NCBI GenBank assembly: GCA_964390955.1
Contig: CAYMKE010000001.1
Span: 1-47,614, forward strand
Source: an uncultured Bacteroidales bacterium
Lineage (GTDB): Bacteria > Bacteroidota > Bacteroidia > Bacteroidales > JBBRXJ01
DNA: 47,614 bases
Direction: 5' to 3'
Shown here one piece after another: positions 1 through 10,491 of the stretch (the first letter of the stretch is position 1; each line of letters opens with the position of its first letter). The notes beneath the pieces were generated by a model. The model saw only the letters and a program-made list of their open reading frames with translations, did no database searches and was not told the DNA's origin. The position numbers and the translations under genes were made by a program.

Positions 1-465
1 ATAAAGCGTAAAACAAAATTTAATATCCTCAGGCCACTGAATAATGCCGGAATACGGGGAAGAAACAGGAAAGAACAAATAGCAATGGCAAAAAAATATA
101 ATATTCAATTCCCGGGTCCGGCCGGTGGATGTTTATTATGCGAAAAAGGACTTGAAAAAAGATTCAGGATATTGATTGAAAATAATCTTATTAATAAAAA
201 TACACTGCCATTGATAAACACCGGAAGACATTTCTATATTGATAAAAAACAATGGTGGATAGTTGTTGGAAGGAACGAACAAGAAAATAAAATTATTGAA
301 CAATTTTCAAGTATTATAACATCAGGAAAAGGAAAACCTGCTGTTTATTTTCATTCCATAGACAATAATTGGAATAAATTGAATGAAGAAGCCAAAAAAA
401 TTCAAATTGCGTATCAAAATAAAGATAAAAATTTTATTGATACATTAATTAAATGGAAAATATAA
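1..465 (+). CDS. C-terminal part of a protein that starts upstream of the window; possibly a PP-loop/thiolation-like ATPase tail, otherwise hypothetical
   Basis: Frame 1 is open from base 1 (IKRKTKFNILRPLNNAGIRG...) into the tracked ORF 85..465, so the ATG at 85 is probably internal. The PGPAGGCLLCE and GRHF...VVGRNEQEN motifs recall C-terminal regions of PP-loop ATPases, from memory only. Confidence 0.4.
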   Translation: MKRKTKFNILRPLNNAGIRGRNRKEQIAMAKKYNIQFPGPAGGCLLCEKGLEKRFRILIENNLINKNTLPLINTGRHFYIDKKQWWIVVGRNEQENKIIEQFSSIITSGKGKPAVYFHSIDNNWNKLNEEAKKIQIAYQNKDKNFIDTLIKWKI

Positions 466-654
466 AAAATTAACTGTTATTGTTTAAAAATTAACTTATT
501 ACAAACATAAAAAAAACATACAAATTGATGTATATCATCATAAACGTTAAAAAAATTATACTTAATTATGTCTATAGTTAAAATAAATATTTTACTTTTG
601 CATCCATAAAATAATAAATATATTGTATAACCCATTAATTTTTAACTAATTTAA

Positions 655-3057
655 ATGATAGACAAGCAAGAAAATAAATTACAAGAACAGACACAACATG
701 AAGTAGAAGAAAACAACACACCAATTGAACAGGAGAATACTACAGAAGACACTTCTGAAGAGATTGAAGATTCTACAGATGATGATGAAAATCAAAATGC
801 TGGTGTCAATTCTGATGATCATATAGATGCTGAAAATCAAGAAAACAAAGACGACGAAAAATTAGAAGAGGCAGATGATTTCGTATTGCCTCAACACCAA
901 CAAGAGGATTTTAACTGGGAAAAATATGAGAAATCACAAAAATTAGAAGAAAATCCTGAGTTTACTGAATTCAATCAAATGTATAATGAAACACTTTCAA
1001 CAATAAATGAAAAAGAGATCGTTGAAGGGACTGTCGTTTCTATCGGTAAGCGTGAAGTTGTGATTAACATTGGTTATAAATCCGAAGGTGTTGTCAGTCT
1101 TAATGAATTCAGATACAACCCCGATCTTAAAGTAGGCGATAAAGTAAATGTATATATTGAAAATAAAGAAGACAAAGAAGGCCAGCTAATTCTTTCTCAT
1201 AAAAAAGCCAGAACATTAAAAGCATGGGAACAAATTAACAGGTTGCATGAAACAGGAGAAATTGTAAAAGGATATATTAAGAGCAGAACAAAAGGTGGTA
1301 TGATTGTAGATTTATTTGGAATTGAAACATTCTTGCCAGGCTCTCAAATAGATGTTAAACCTATCAGGGACTATGATGCTTATGTAGATAAAACAATGGA
1401 TTTTAAAGTAGTGAAAATAAATCACGAATTTAAAAATGTTGTGGTATCGCATAAAATACTTATAGAAGCAGAACTTGAACAACAGAAAAAAGAAATCATC
1501 TCAAAACTTGAAAAAGGACAGGTTCTTGAAGGCACGGTAAAAAATATCACATCTTATGGTGTATTCATAGACCTTGGTGGTGTTGACGGATTAATCCATA
1601 TAACGGATTTATCATGGGGCAGAATCAATCACCCCGAAGAAATTGTGCAACTCGACCAAAAACTCAATGTTGTAGTGCTTGATTTTGATGAAGACAAAAC
1701 AAGGATCGCACTGGGCCTTAAACAATTAACTCCACACCCATGGGAATCTCTAGATGAAAACTTAAAAGTAGGTGATATTGTTAATGCAAAAGTTGTTGTC
1801 TTAGCAGATTATGGTGCTTTTGTTGAAATTAAACCAGGTGTTGAAGGATTAATTCATGTTTCTGAGATGTCATGGTCACAACAATTAAGAAGTGCGCAAG
1901 ACTTTCTACAGATTGGTGACGAAGTGGAGGCTAAAATCTTAACCCTTGACCGAGAAGAGCGCAAAATGGCATTAAGTCTTAAACAGCTAAAACCAGACCC
2001 ATGGGAAAGCATTGAAGAAAAATATCCTGTTGACAGTAAAACAACTGCAAAAGTCAAAAACTTCACTAAATTCGGAATATTTGTAGAGATTGAAGAAGGA
2101 ATAGACGGCTTGATCCATATATCTGATTTATCATGGACGAAAAAGATCAATCACCCGGCTGAATTTACTTCAGTTAACGATGAAATTGAAGTAGTTGTAC
2201 TCGAAATCAACAAAGAAAACAGAAGACTTCGATTGGGACACAAACAATTAGAAGAAAATCCATGGGATGTTTTTGAAAACATATTCAATGTGAATTCGAT
2301 ACATGAAGGCACCATTATTGAACTACTTGATAAAGGAGCAAAAGTATCACTACCATATGGTGTAGAAGGGTTTGCTTCTAAAAAGCATTTGGAAAAACAA
2401 AATGGAAAAATGCCTGAATTAGAAGAAAAATTGCCTTTTAAAGTCATAGACTTTTCCAAGGATGATAAAAAAATTATCCTAAGCCATGTAAAGGCTTATA
2501 AAGATCAGGAAAATGAACAACAAGAGGAAGCAAGAAAAAATGAAGATGAGAATGTTAAAAAAACAACAAAAAAGATAAAACAAAAACTTGAAAAAACAAC
2601 GCTAGGTGATTTATCAACTGATCTGGAAAATTTAAAATCTTCTATGACTGAAGAAGCAGCTAAAAAATCGAAAACTGCTCCTAAATCAGAACCAAAACAA
2701 AAAAAAGAAGAAGCAGCTGATAAAAAAGAACCCCCTAAATCCGAAACAAAAGCATCCGAAGCTAAAGAAGAAAAAAATGTAAAGGAAGCTAAGGAAACTA
2801 AGGAAACTAAGGAAGCTAAAGCAACTGAGGAAACTAAGGAAGCTAAAGCAACTGAGGAAACTAAGGAAGCTAAAGCAACTGAGGAAGCTAAAGCAACTGA
2901 GGAAACTAAAGCAACTGAGGAAACTAAGGAAGCTAAGGAAACAAAATCCGGAAAAGAAGAAGCAAATGCCGGCGCTGATAAAACAACAGAAAAAAAGAAA
3001 GACGAAAAACAAGAAAATGATTCAAATGAAGAATCAGAAAAAAATGAAAAAAAATAA
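655..3057 (+). CDS. rpsA: 30S ribosomal protein S1 with N- and C-terminal low-complexity extensions
   Basis: Six S1/OB repeats are recognisable, e.g. GTVVSIGKREVVINIGYKSEG, GQVLEGTVKNITSYGVFIDLGGVDGLIHITDLSW, GDIVNAKVVVLADYGAFVEIKPGVEGLIHVSEMSW and GIFVEIEEGIDGLIHISDLSW. The core is colinear with Bacteroidetes S1. At 800 aa it exceeds the roughly 600 aa typical size. Confidence 0.95.
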   Translation: MIDKQENKLQEQTQHEVEENNTPIEQENTTEDTSEEIEDSTDDDENQNAGVNSDDHIDAENQENKDDEKLEEADDFVLPQHQQEDFNWEKYEKSQKLEENPEFTEFNQMYNETLSTINEKEIVEGTVVSIGKREVVINIGYKSEGVVSLNEFRYNPDLKVGDKVNVYIENKEDKEGQLILSHKKARTLKAWEQINRLHETGEIVKGYIKSRTKGGMIVDLFGIETFLPGSQIDVKPIRDYDAYVDKTMDFKVVKINHEFKNVVVSHKILIEAELEQQKKEIISKLEKGQVLEGTVKNITSYGVFIDLGGVDGLIHITDLSWGRINHPEEIVQLDQKLNVVVLDFDEDKTRIALGLKQLTPHPWESLDENLKVGDIVNAKVVVLADYGAFVEIKPGVEGLIHVSEMSWSQQLRSAQDFLQIGDEVEAKILTLDREERKMALSLKQLKPDPWESIEEKYPVDSKTTAKVKNFTKFGIFVEIEEGIDGLIHISDLSWTKKINHPAEFTSVNDEIEVVVLEINKENRRLRLGHKQLEENPWDVFENIFNVNSIHEGTIIELLDKGAKVSLPYGVEGFASKKHLEKQNGKMPELEEKLPFKVIDFSKDDKKIILSHVKAYKDQENEQQEEARKNEDENVKKTTKKIKQKLEKTTLGDLSTDLENLKSSMTEEAAKKSKTAPKSEPKQKKEEAADKKEPPKSETKASEAKEEKNVKEAKETKETKEAKATEETKEAKATEETKEAKATEEAKATEETKATEETKEAKETKSGKEEANAGADKTTEKKKDEKQENDSNEESEKNEKK
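2785..2943 (+). repeat. In-frame tandem repeat inside the rpsA 3' end (27-bp unit GAAACTAAGGAAGCTAAAGCAACTGAG = ETKEAKATE, plus 18-bp variants)
   Basis: Exact 27-bp units lie at 2803-2829, 2830-2856 and 2857-2883, followed by 18-bp truncated units at 2884-2901 and 2902-2919. The protein reads KEAKATEETKEAKATEETKEAKATEEAKATEETKATEETKEAKE. Confidence 0.9.
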
Positions 3058-3109
3058 AATAATTTAAAATTTTCTTCTCAGATTAATTTTTTTACATTAT
3101 ATTGGTGCT

Positions 3110-3469
3110 ATGGAATTTAAAATAGAAAAAAAGGATAAATATACCTTAGTCAAGGTATTAGAAGAAAAGCTTGATACTCATATTGCCCCTACATTAAAAT
3201 CTGAGCTTGTTATCATTTCCGGCAATAATGAAAAAAATATTGTGCTTGATCTTGAAGAAGTACGCTATTGCGATTCTTCCGGATTAAGTGCTATTCTTGT
3301 AGCCAACAGGCTTTGCAGAAATGTAAATGGTATATTTGTTCTAACCGGGCTTAATGAAGCTGTTGAACGCCTGATCACTATTTCTCAGCTCGACACTGTT
3401 TTAAATATTACAGATTCTGTAGAAGAAGCTGAAAATTTCATCAATGAAAACATCGAAGAAAATAGCTAA
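3110..3469 (+). CDS. STAS-domain protein (anti-sigma-factor antagonist, SpoIIAA-like)
   Basis: The 119-aa protein has the STAS pattern LDLEEVRYCDSSGLSAILVANR, with a conserved Ser in DSSG. Confidence 0.8.
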   Translation: MEFKIEKKDKYTLVKVLEEKLDTHIAPTLKSELVIISGNNEKNIVLDLEEVRYCDSSGLSAILVANRLCRNVNGIFVLTGLNEAVERLITISQLDTVLNITDSVEEAENFINENIEENS

Positions 3470-3489
3470 TTAAAATCACTGGCATTACT

Positions 3490-4422
3490 GTGTCCTTTAT
3501 TCTTAATACCTTGGGGAGTAGTTCAGCACTACCAACCTCAACAAGATATCCTGCCGCTCATGTACTCAATGTAGATGAGCGGTTTTTTTTAATTGATTGC
3601 GGAGAAGCAGCACAAATACAATTGCGTAAATACAAAATTAAATTTGGCCAGATTAATCATATTTTTATATCTCATCTTCATGGCGACCATATTTTAGGAT
3701 TGCCAGGCCTTCTTTCAAGCTATAGTTTACTTGGCAGGAAAAAAGATATACATATTTATGCATTCAAAGAAATTGAACAATTCATATCTTGCTATTCCGG
3801 GTTAATCGGTAGTCATCTGCCGTTTAAAGTTATTGTTCATAATTTAAACCCTTCTGTGCCGGAAATCATATACGAAGACAATAAATTAACTGTAAAAAGC
3901 TTTCCGCTCAAGCACAGCACAAATACATGCGGTTTCTTATTTAAAGAACAACCAAAAGAACGAAACATAAAAAAACAGTATATAGATCAATACAATATTT
4001 CTATTAAAGAAATACTCAATATTAAAGAAGGTGCAGATTATGAAACAGATAACGGGGCTATTCTTAAAAACAAAGAGATTACACTGCCACCTTATAAATC
4101 AAGGTCTTTTGCATACTGCTGCGATACTGCATATAGTGAAAGCATTATACCGGTCATTAAACATGTTGATTTATTATACCATGAAGCAACATTTGGAAAA
4201 GAAAATAAAGATTATGCCAGGGAAACATTACATTCTACGGCTACAGATGCGGCTTTAACAGCTAAAAAAGCAAATGCGAATACATTAGTGATCGGTCATT
4301 TTTCCGCAAGGCACAAAGAAATATCTCATATATTAGACGAAGCACAAGAAATATTTCCTAACACGTATGCAGCATATGAAGGAGCTGCTTTTGAGGTGAA
4401 ACAGGAAAGAGAAAAAGAATAA
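3490..4422 (+). CDS. rnz: Ribonuclease Z (tRNA 3' endonuclease, metallo-beta-lactamase fold)
   Basis: It has the HxHxDH motif [16 protein letters not shown], a size of about 310 aa and a C-terminal GHFSARH motif. The start at 3490 is GTG. Confidence 0.85.
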   Translation: MSFILNTLGSSSALPTSTRYPAAHVLNVDERFFLIDCGEAAQIQLRKYKIKFGQINHIFISHLHGDHILGLPGLLSSYSLLGRKKDIHIYAFKEIEQFISCYSGLIGSHLPFKVIVHNLNPSVPEIIYEDNKLTVKSFPLKHSTNTCGFLFKEQPKERNIKKQYIDQYNISIKEILNIKEGADYETDNGAILKNKEITLPPYKSRSFAYCCDTAYSESIIPVIKHVDLLYHEATFGKENKDYARETLHSTATDAALTAKKANANTLVIGHFSARHKEISHILDEAQEIFPNTYAAYEGAAFEVKQEREKE

Positions 4423-4432
4423 AAATAAACAT

Positions 4433-5962
4433 ATGAATGAAAAAATAATTATCATAGATTTTGGTTCACAGTATACACAATTAATTGCTCGAAGAATCAG
4501 AGAATTAAATGTATACTGTGAAATATTTCCATTTAATAATATCCCTGTTATTGATACAACAACAAAAGGCATTATTTTATCAGGAAGCCCGTATTCTGTA
4601 AACGACCCCAATGCACCGAACATTGATACAAACCAATTTAAAGGGATTGCCCCTATCCTGGGTATCTGTTATGGAGCCCAACTCATGGTCAAAAACTCGG
4701 GAGGAACAGTCATCCCTCACAAACACAGGGAATATGGAAGGGCATTATTATCGTCTGTTGATAATGACAATGATTTATTAAAAGGGATCGCTCCTGGATC
4801 CCAGGTCTGGATGTCTCATGGTGACACCATCACGTCCTTACCACCCCATTTTAAACTCATAGCAAGTACTGAAAATATTGAAACAGGAGCATATGCCAAT
4901 GAGGATGAAAAAATATACGGCATACAGTTTCATCCTGAAGTCTATCATACAACAGAAGGTAAAAAATTATTAAAAAATTTTACACTGGATATCTGCAATT
5001 GTAAACAGGACTGGACACCGGAAGTATTTGTTGAAAACACTATAGCTGAACTTAAAAAGCAACTTGCAGATGATCGTGTTATTTTAGGCCTCTCAGGAGG
5101 TGTTGATTCTTCTGTTGCCGCTGTATTGCTCCATCAGGCCATTGGCAAAAACCTGACATGTATTTTTATTGATAATGGATTGCTCCGGAAAAATGAATTC
5201 CAAAAAGTATTGGACTCATACAAAAAAATTGGTTTAAATATCATTGGCATTGATGCACATGATGTATTTCTTAAAAATTTAGAAGGAATTATTGATCCGG
5301 AAGAAAAAAGAAAAAGCATTGGCAGAGATTTTATAGAGGTATTTGATAAAGAAGCTCACAAAATAAAAAATGTTAAATGGTTGGCACAGGGAACCATTTA
5401 TCCTGACATCATTGAGTCTGTTTCTGTAAACGGGCCGTCTGCAACGATTAAATCACATCATAATGTTGGCGGACTTCCTGAAAAGATGAACCTTAAAGTA
5501 GTAGAACCACTGAATGCTTTATTCAAAGACGAAGTAAGAAAAGTAGGAGAAACACTTCAAATACCGGACACGATTTTAAAACGGCATCCATTCCCCGGGC
5601 CCGGACTTGGAATTCGTATCATTGGAGAAGTCACCCCCAAACGGGTTCATATATTACAAGATGTTGATGACATTTTTATAAACGGCCTGAAGGAATACGG
5701 TTATTACGACCAGGTATGGCAAGCTGCTGCAATTCTGCTACCAATACAATCCGTTGGAGTGATGGGAGACGAAAGAACATATGAAAATGCGATTGCTTTA
5801 AGAGCAGTCACTTCGACTGACGGGATGACTGCAGATTGGTCTCAGTTGCCATATGATTTTTTAAGTACGATATCAAACCGTATCATCAATAATGTAAAAG
5901 GAATAAACAGGGTTGTTTACGACATTAGTTCAAAGCCTCCCGCTACAATAGAATGGGAATAA
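4433..5962 (+). CDS. guaA: GMP synthase (glutamine-hydrolysing)
   Basis: The N-terminal class I amidotransferase shows GICYGAQLM and FHPE. The ATP-PPase P-loop is LSGGVDSSV. The canonical C-terminus is [12 protein letters not shown]. Length is 509 aa. Confidence 0.97.
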   Translation: MNEKIIIIDFGSQYTQLIARRIRELNVYCEIFPFNNIPVIDTTTKGIILSGSPYSVNDPNAPNIDTNQFKGIAPILGICYGAQLMVKNSGGTVIPHKHREYGRALLSSVDNDNDLLKGIAPGSQVWMSHGDTITSLPPHFKLIASTENIETGAYANEDEKIYGIQFHPEVYHTTEGKKLLKNFTLDICNCKQDWTPEVFVENTIAELKKQLADDRVILGLSGGVDSSVAAVLLHQAIGKNLTCIFIDNGLLRKNEFQKVLDSYKKIGLNIIGIDAHDVFLKNLEGIIDPEEKRKSIGRDFIEVFDKEAHKIKNVKWLAQGTIYPDIIESVSVNGPSATIKSHHNVGGLPEKMNLKVVEPLNALFKDEVRKVGETLQIPDTILKRHPFPGPGLGIRIIGEVTPKRVHILQDVDDIFINGLKEYGYYDQVWQAAAILLPIQSVGVMGDERTYENAIALRAVTSTDGMTADWSQLPYDFLSTISNRIINNVKGINRVVYDISSKPPATIEWE

Positions 5963-6175
5963 AATAAAAAAAGGGTACTACTGCAATTATTGTGGAAAAA
6001 GGATTATTAGAATATAGGATTCAGTACTTCAACCGCGAAATGCGGCATATCCAATCATCTAAGGGGAGACTTTGAGTTAAATAAAAGAAGACAGAATTCA
6101 GAATTTTTGTCTATATTGAATGTTTTTTTATAAAAAAAGTATATATTCGCAGATAATATAATTGATTGAATAAAT

Positions 6176-6258
6176 GCCGAAGTGGCGGAATTGGTAGACG
6201 CGCACGACTCAAACTCGTGTACCTTTATGGTGTGTGGGTTCGACTCCCACCTTCGGTA
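6176..6258 (+). tRNA. tRNA-Leu (anticodon CAA), type II with a long variable arm; CCA not encoded
   Basis: The cloverleaf was read by eye. The acceptor is GCCGAAG/CTTCGGT (G1-U72). The anticodon stem is CACGA/TCGTG with loop CTCAAAC, giving CAA. There is a long variable arm, and the T arm is GTGGG-TTCGACT-CCCAC followed by discriminator A. Confidence 0.9.
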
Positions 6259-6301
6259 CAAATCATACTGCCGGTTTAATATCCATCAGTCATATTTTAA
6301 A

Positions 6302-6781
6302 ATGAAAAACAAATCACAGGCAAATACGTATGGTAGTAAACAAGCTCAATTTGATCAACGATATCTTGAGATGGCACATATATGGGCTAAAAACTCATAT
6401 TGCAACAGAAGGAAAGTAGGGGCACTTATCGTTAAAGATAAAATGATTATTTCAGATGGTTATAACGGCACCCCTTCAGGATTTGAAAACCACTGTGAAG
6501 ATAAAGAAGGGCTCACGAAAGCTTATGTATTACATGCAGAGGCAAACGCCATTACAAAAGTAGCTAAATCCAATAACAGCAGCAATGGCGCTACTCTATA
6601 TATCACTACTTCTCCGTGTATGGAATGTGCAAAATTAATCATTCAGGCTGGTATTATCCGTGTAGTTTTCTCTGATCCCTACCATATAGATGATGGTGTA
6701 AAACTATTACAAAGAGCTGGAATAGAAATCATTAAAATGAATATATCAATAAATTCAATCAATAATAATGAGAAAACGTAA
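6302..6781 (+). CDS. dCMP deaminase family protein (ComEB-like)
   Basis: The zinc motifs HAEANAI and PCMECAKLI are present. The tracked ORF 6182..6781 reads through the tRNA, so the ATG at 6302 (MKNKSQ...) is used as the start. Confidence 0.85.
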   Translation: MKNKSQANTYGSKQAQFDQRYLEMAHIWAKNSYCNRRKVGALIVKDKMIISDGYNGTPSGFENHCEDKEGLTKAYVLHAEANAITKVAKSNNSSNGATLYITTSPCMECAKLIIQAGIIRVVFSDPYHIDDGVKLLQRAGIEIIKMNISINSINNNEKT

Positions 6782-8375
6782 AAACATACAAATATATATG
6801 CCTATATTTCTTGCACTGATGCTGGTAACAGGCATATTTATCGGGAAAGTACTGATTCCTGAAAATCAACAATCAGATGATTTTTATATATCACGATGTA
6901 AAAATAAAATTGACAAAGTATTATCATTAATAGAGCACAATTATGTTGATTCTGTATCTAAAAATAAGTTGGAAGAAGCAGCTATTCATGCTTTATTTGA
7001 CAGTCTTGATCCCCACTCTACATATATCCCGGCTGAAGAATTAAAAAAGATCAACGAACCCTTAAAAGGAGAATTTAGTGGTATAGGAATTCGATTTAAT
7101 ATGATTGATGATACCGTTCGTGTCATTGAAACGATTCCAAACGGGCCTTCTGAAAAAGTAGGAATTAAACCCGGAGATAAAATAATAAAAATTAATGACA
7201 CAACGGTAGCCGGTATTAATACTTCTACAAACACAATTGTAAGCCGGCTTAAAGGACTTAAAGGCACAACAGTAGAGGTTAGTATAGCTCGCAGGGGAGT
7301 CAAAAAATTAATTGATTTTGAAATCACTCGTGATAATATTCCGCTTGAAAGCGTGGATGTTTCTTATATGATAAATGACTCGACAGGTTATATTAAACTA
7401 AGCAATTTCTCCCGCAAAACACCTGATGAATTCTTTGAAGGAATCAAAACACTTAAAGACAATGGGACGCAAAAAATCATCCTTGACCTAAGAGGAAATG
7501 GCGGGGGATATATGGGTACTTCTATACAATTGGCCGATCATTTTCTGAAAGATGGAAAGTTAATTGTATATACAAAAGGTAAATATGCCAAAAGGAAGAA
7601 TTATTTTGCCACTTCTGCAGGAATGCTTCAGGATACAGATATTGTTATATTAATAGATGAATTCAGTGCTTCTGCCAGTGAAATTTTAGCCGGTGCAATA
7701 CAAGATAATGACAGGGGGACCATTATAGGACGCCTTTCGTTTGGCAAAGGGCTTGTACAACAACAAATACCTTTGGAAGACGGATCAGCCATAAGACTTA
7801 CCGTAGCAAGATATTACACCCCCACCGGACGCTGTATTCAAAAATCATACAGAAATGGCAAAGAAGATTATTATAATGAGTTGACCAGACGCTACACGAA
7901 TGGTGAAGTGTTTCACCCTGACAGTATTCATTTTAACGACTCATTAAAATATATCACTCCAAATGGAGATACTGTATATGGAGGTGGCGGAATCATGCCT
8001 GACATATATGTTCCGAAAGACACATCAAATTTGTCTGCATATATTTCCAAAGTGATAAGAAAAGGATTGATTTATAAATTTGTATTTGATTATGCAGATA
8101 ATCACCGCGATCAATTAAATGCATTTGACAATTGGAAAACGCTTTTTGAAGAGCTCGATAAAAAAGAGATATTGTCACAATTTTATGATTACACAGCAAA
8201 TAAAGGAGTAAAATTAACTAAAGAACAAACAAAAGAAGACCAATATGAGTTAAACGTACAACTAAAAGCAAATATAATCCGTCATATCTATGGAAATGAA
8301 GGGTATTATCCGGCTATTAAAGATATTGACAAAACACTGGAAAGGGCAATCATATTTTTAGAAAACAAAGATTAA
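6768..8375 (+). CDS. S41 family carboxy-terminal processing peptidase with PDZ domain
   Basis: It has an N-terminal membrane anchor, a PDZ segment (GIKPGDKIIKINDTTVAG) and the S41 core (DLRGNGGGY, DEFSASASEILAGA, GKGLVQ). It overlaps the deaminase stop by 14 nt. Confidence 0.9.
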   Translation: MRKRKNIQIYMPIFLALMLVTGIFIGKVLIPENQQSDDFYISRCKNKIDKVLSLIEHNYVDSVSKNKLEEAAIHALFDSLDPHSTYIPAEELKKINEPLKGEFSGIGIRFNMIDDTVRVIETIPNGPSEKVGIKPGDKIIKINDTTVAGINTSTNTIVSRLKGLKGTTVEVSIARRGVKKLIDFEITRDNIPLESVDVSYMINDSTGYIKLSNFSRKTPDEFFEGIKTLKDNGTQKIILDLRGNGGGYMGTSIQLADHFLKDGKLIVYTKGKYAKRKNYFATSAGMLQDTDIVILIDEFSASASEILAGAIQDNDRGTIIGRLSFGKGLVQQQIPLEDGSAIRLTVARYYTPTGRCIQKSYRNGKEDYYNELTRRYTNGEVFHPDSIHFNDSLKYITPNGDTVYGGGGIMPDIYVPKDTSNLSAYISKVIRKGLIYKFVFDYADNHRDQLNAFDNWKTLFEELDKKEILSQFYDYTANKGVKLTKEQTKEDQYELNVQLKANIIRHIYGNEGYYPAIKDIDKTLERAIIFLENKD

Positions 8376-9430
8376 TCGCGTTGCAAATACTGGCGGTTAT
8401 AGTATTTTTCATATTCTTTGTTTATAACATTCTCTAACCATTGCTTATGCAGGATGTACCATTCAATGGTTTTCTCTATTCCTTTTTCAAAAGGAGTTTC
8501 CGGTATAAAGCCTAATTCGTTTTTAATTTTGGAAGTGTCAACTGCATACCTGAAATCATGGCCTGCCCGATCTGTGACATTTTTAATAAGTCGGGCAGAA
8601 GCGCCGGGTTTTCTTCCCAATTTTTTATCCATTTTTTCACATATCAATTTAACCAGGTCAATGTTTTTCCATTCATTATTGCCCCCAATATTATAAGTGT
8701 TCATATTCTTACCATTATGGTAAACAACATCAATTGCTTTTGCATGATCTTCCACATATAACCAGTCCCTTACATTTTCTCCTTTCCCATAAACCGGTAT
8801 TGGGATATTGTTCTTTATATTATGAATAATCAAAGGAATAAATTTTTCAGGAAACTGATTCGGTCCATAATTATTAGAACAGTTTGATAATACTACCGGT
8901 AAACCGAATGTATGTCCATATGACCTTACAAGATGATCGGCAGAAGCTTTAGATGCTGAGTACGGACTTCGTGGATTGTATGGGCTGTCTTCATTGAAAT
9001 AGCCGGTGTCTGCCAGGCTGCCATAAACTTCATCTGTTGAGATGTGATAAAAGCGTTTACTATCTAAATCCTTGTTCCAATGTACACGAGCGGTTTCCAA
9101 TAAATTGGCAGTTCCAATGATATTGGTATGAATAAATGATAGAGGGCCGAATATTGAACGGTCTACATGCGACTCTGCAGCAAGATGAATAATCCCGTCA
9201 ATATGATGATGATTGAAAAAATGATTAAGAAAATTCAAATCATTAATATCTCCCTTAACAAACTGATAATTTGAACAGCTTTCAATGTCTGAAAGATTTT
9301 CAAGATTTCCGGCATAAGTAAGAGCATCAAGGTTGATGATATTATAGAGAGGATAGTGGGTTACAAAATGCCTGACAACATGCGAACCAATAAATCCTGC
9401 TCCTCCTGTAATTAAAATTGTTTTGCTCAT
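8372..9430 (-). CDS. rfbB: dTDP-glucose 4,6-dehydratase
   Basis: It has the SDR Rossmann motif ILITGGAGFIGSH, STDEVYG and the YSASKA catalytic motif. Length is 352 aa. A 4-nt ATGA-type overlap links it to galE upstream. Confidence 0.93.
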   Translation of the reverse strand: MSKTILITGGAGFIGSHVVRHFVTHYPLYNIINLDALTYAGNLENLSDIESCSNYQFVKGDINDLNFLNHFFNHHHIDGIIHLAAESHVDRSIFGPLSFIHTNIIGTANLLETARVHWNKDLDSKRFYHISTDEVYGSLADTGYFNEDSPYNPRSPYSASKASADHLVRSYGHTFGLPVVLSNCSNNYGPNQFPEKFIPLIIHNIKNNIPIPVYGKGENVRDWLYVEDHAKAIDVVYHNGKNMNTYNIGGNNEWKNIDLVKLICEKMDKKLGRKPGASARLIKNVTDRAGHDFRYAVDTSKIKNELGFIPETPFEKGIEKTIEWYILHKQWLENVINKEYEKYYNRQYLQRD

Positions 9431-10467
9431 ATCTTTTGTTTTTGATTATCCCGGTATTTTTTTTCCCATTCCCATGCAGATCGTAAGGTTTCATCAAGAG
9501 GCTTTTGTGCATGCCATCCCAATTCCTCATTTGCATAAGTGGTATCAGCAAATACTTGTTCCACATCTCCCGGGCGCCGGCCGACAATCTCATAATTCAA
9601 TTGTTGGTTTGTAGCTTTTTCAAATGATTTTATTATTTCCAATACCGACACCCCCTTGCCTGTTCCAAGATTAAACACTTCAAAATATTTTTTGTGTTTA
9701 TTCTCAAGTAAACGTTTTATCGCAATTACATGGGCCCTTGACAAATCAACAACATCAATATAATCTCTAATACAAGAGCCATCGGGTGTATTATAATCAT
9801 CTCCGAATACTCTTAACTTTTCTCTTATTCCGTATGCTGTTTGCGTGATGAATGGAACCAGGTTGTCGGGGACTCCCAGGGGGAGTTCTCCGATGTGGCT
9901 AGATGGATGAGCCCCGATGGGATTAAAATATCTTAACGTAATGGCTTTATATCCTTCATTTATGGATAAAAAATCTTCAATAATTTCCTCAGATATTCGT
10001 TTGGTATTGCCATAAGGAGAATTTGGACGTTTTACGGGAGCTTTTTCAGTTACCGGTAATTGATCAGGTTCTCCATATACTGTACAAGAAGAAGAAAACA
10101 CTAAATTTTCGACACGGTGTTTGGGCATGCATTCCAATAAATTCATTAATGAATTTAAATTGTTTCTGTAATATTTTAGCGGATGGTTGACAGATTCTCC
10201 AACTGATTTGAATGCAGCAAAATGAATGATCGCATCAATATCCGGGTATTTTTTAAAAAAATCTTCTACTTTATCCCTCTCACATAAATCAAATTGTTCA
10301 AAAGAAGGCCGCACTCCTGTAATTTGTTGAATACCATCTAATATTTCTATTTGCGAATTAGATAAGTTATCTATTACAACCACTTCATATCCTTCATTGA
10401 TTAACTCAACAACAGTATGAGACCCAATATACCCTATTCCCCCGGTGACTAAAATTTTTGCTGCCAT
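9427..10467 (-). CDS. galE: UDP-glucose 4-epimerase
   Basis: It has ILVTGGIGYIGSHTVVEL, SSSCTVYG, the YGNTK catalytic motif and RYFNPIGAH. Length is 346 aa. Confidence 0.93.
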   Translation of the reverse strand: MAAKILVTGGIGYIGSHTVVELINEGYEVVVIDNLSNSQIEILDGIQQITGVRPSFEQFDLCERDKVEDFFKKYPDIDAIIHFAAFKSVGESVNHPLKYYRNNLNSLMNLLECMPKHRVENLVFSSSCTVYGEPDQLPVTEKAPVKRPNSPYGNTKRISEEIIEDFLSINEGYKAITLRYFNPIGAHPSSHIGELPLGVPDNLVPFITQTAYGIREKLRVFGDDYNTPDGSCIRDYIDVVDLSRAHVIAIKRLLENKHKKYFEVFNLGTGKGVSVLEIIKSFEKATNQQLNYEIVGRRPGDVEQVFADTTYANEELGWHAQKPLDETLRSAWEWEKKYRDNQKQKI

Positions 10468-10491
10468 AATTTATATAGTTAATTTAATAGT

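Noticed and set aside
2686-3012. 108-aa antisense ORF (FLSFLSCFSFLS...) opposite the rpsA 3' end. Other antisense ORFs lie inside rpsA (1854-2459), SusC (36498-39494), the giant T9SS gene (40439-44595), the rnf genes and the sugar genes.
   Set aside because: They lie entirely within strongly supported genes on the other strand and have low-complexity or hydrophobic nonsense composition. They are by-products of repeat and codon bias.
6176-6258. tRNA-Leu as the attachment site of a genomic island.
   Set aside because: No integrase is present, I found no direct repeat of the tRNA 3' end downstream, and the flanking genes are housekeeping (guaA, dCMP deaminase).
6182-6301. N-terminal 40 codons of the tracked ORF 6182..6781, and the antisense ORF 6055..6261.
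   Set aside because: Both read through the tRNA-Leu gene. The deaminase homology begins after the ATG at 6302.
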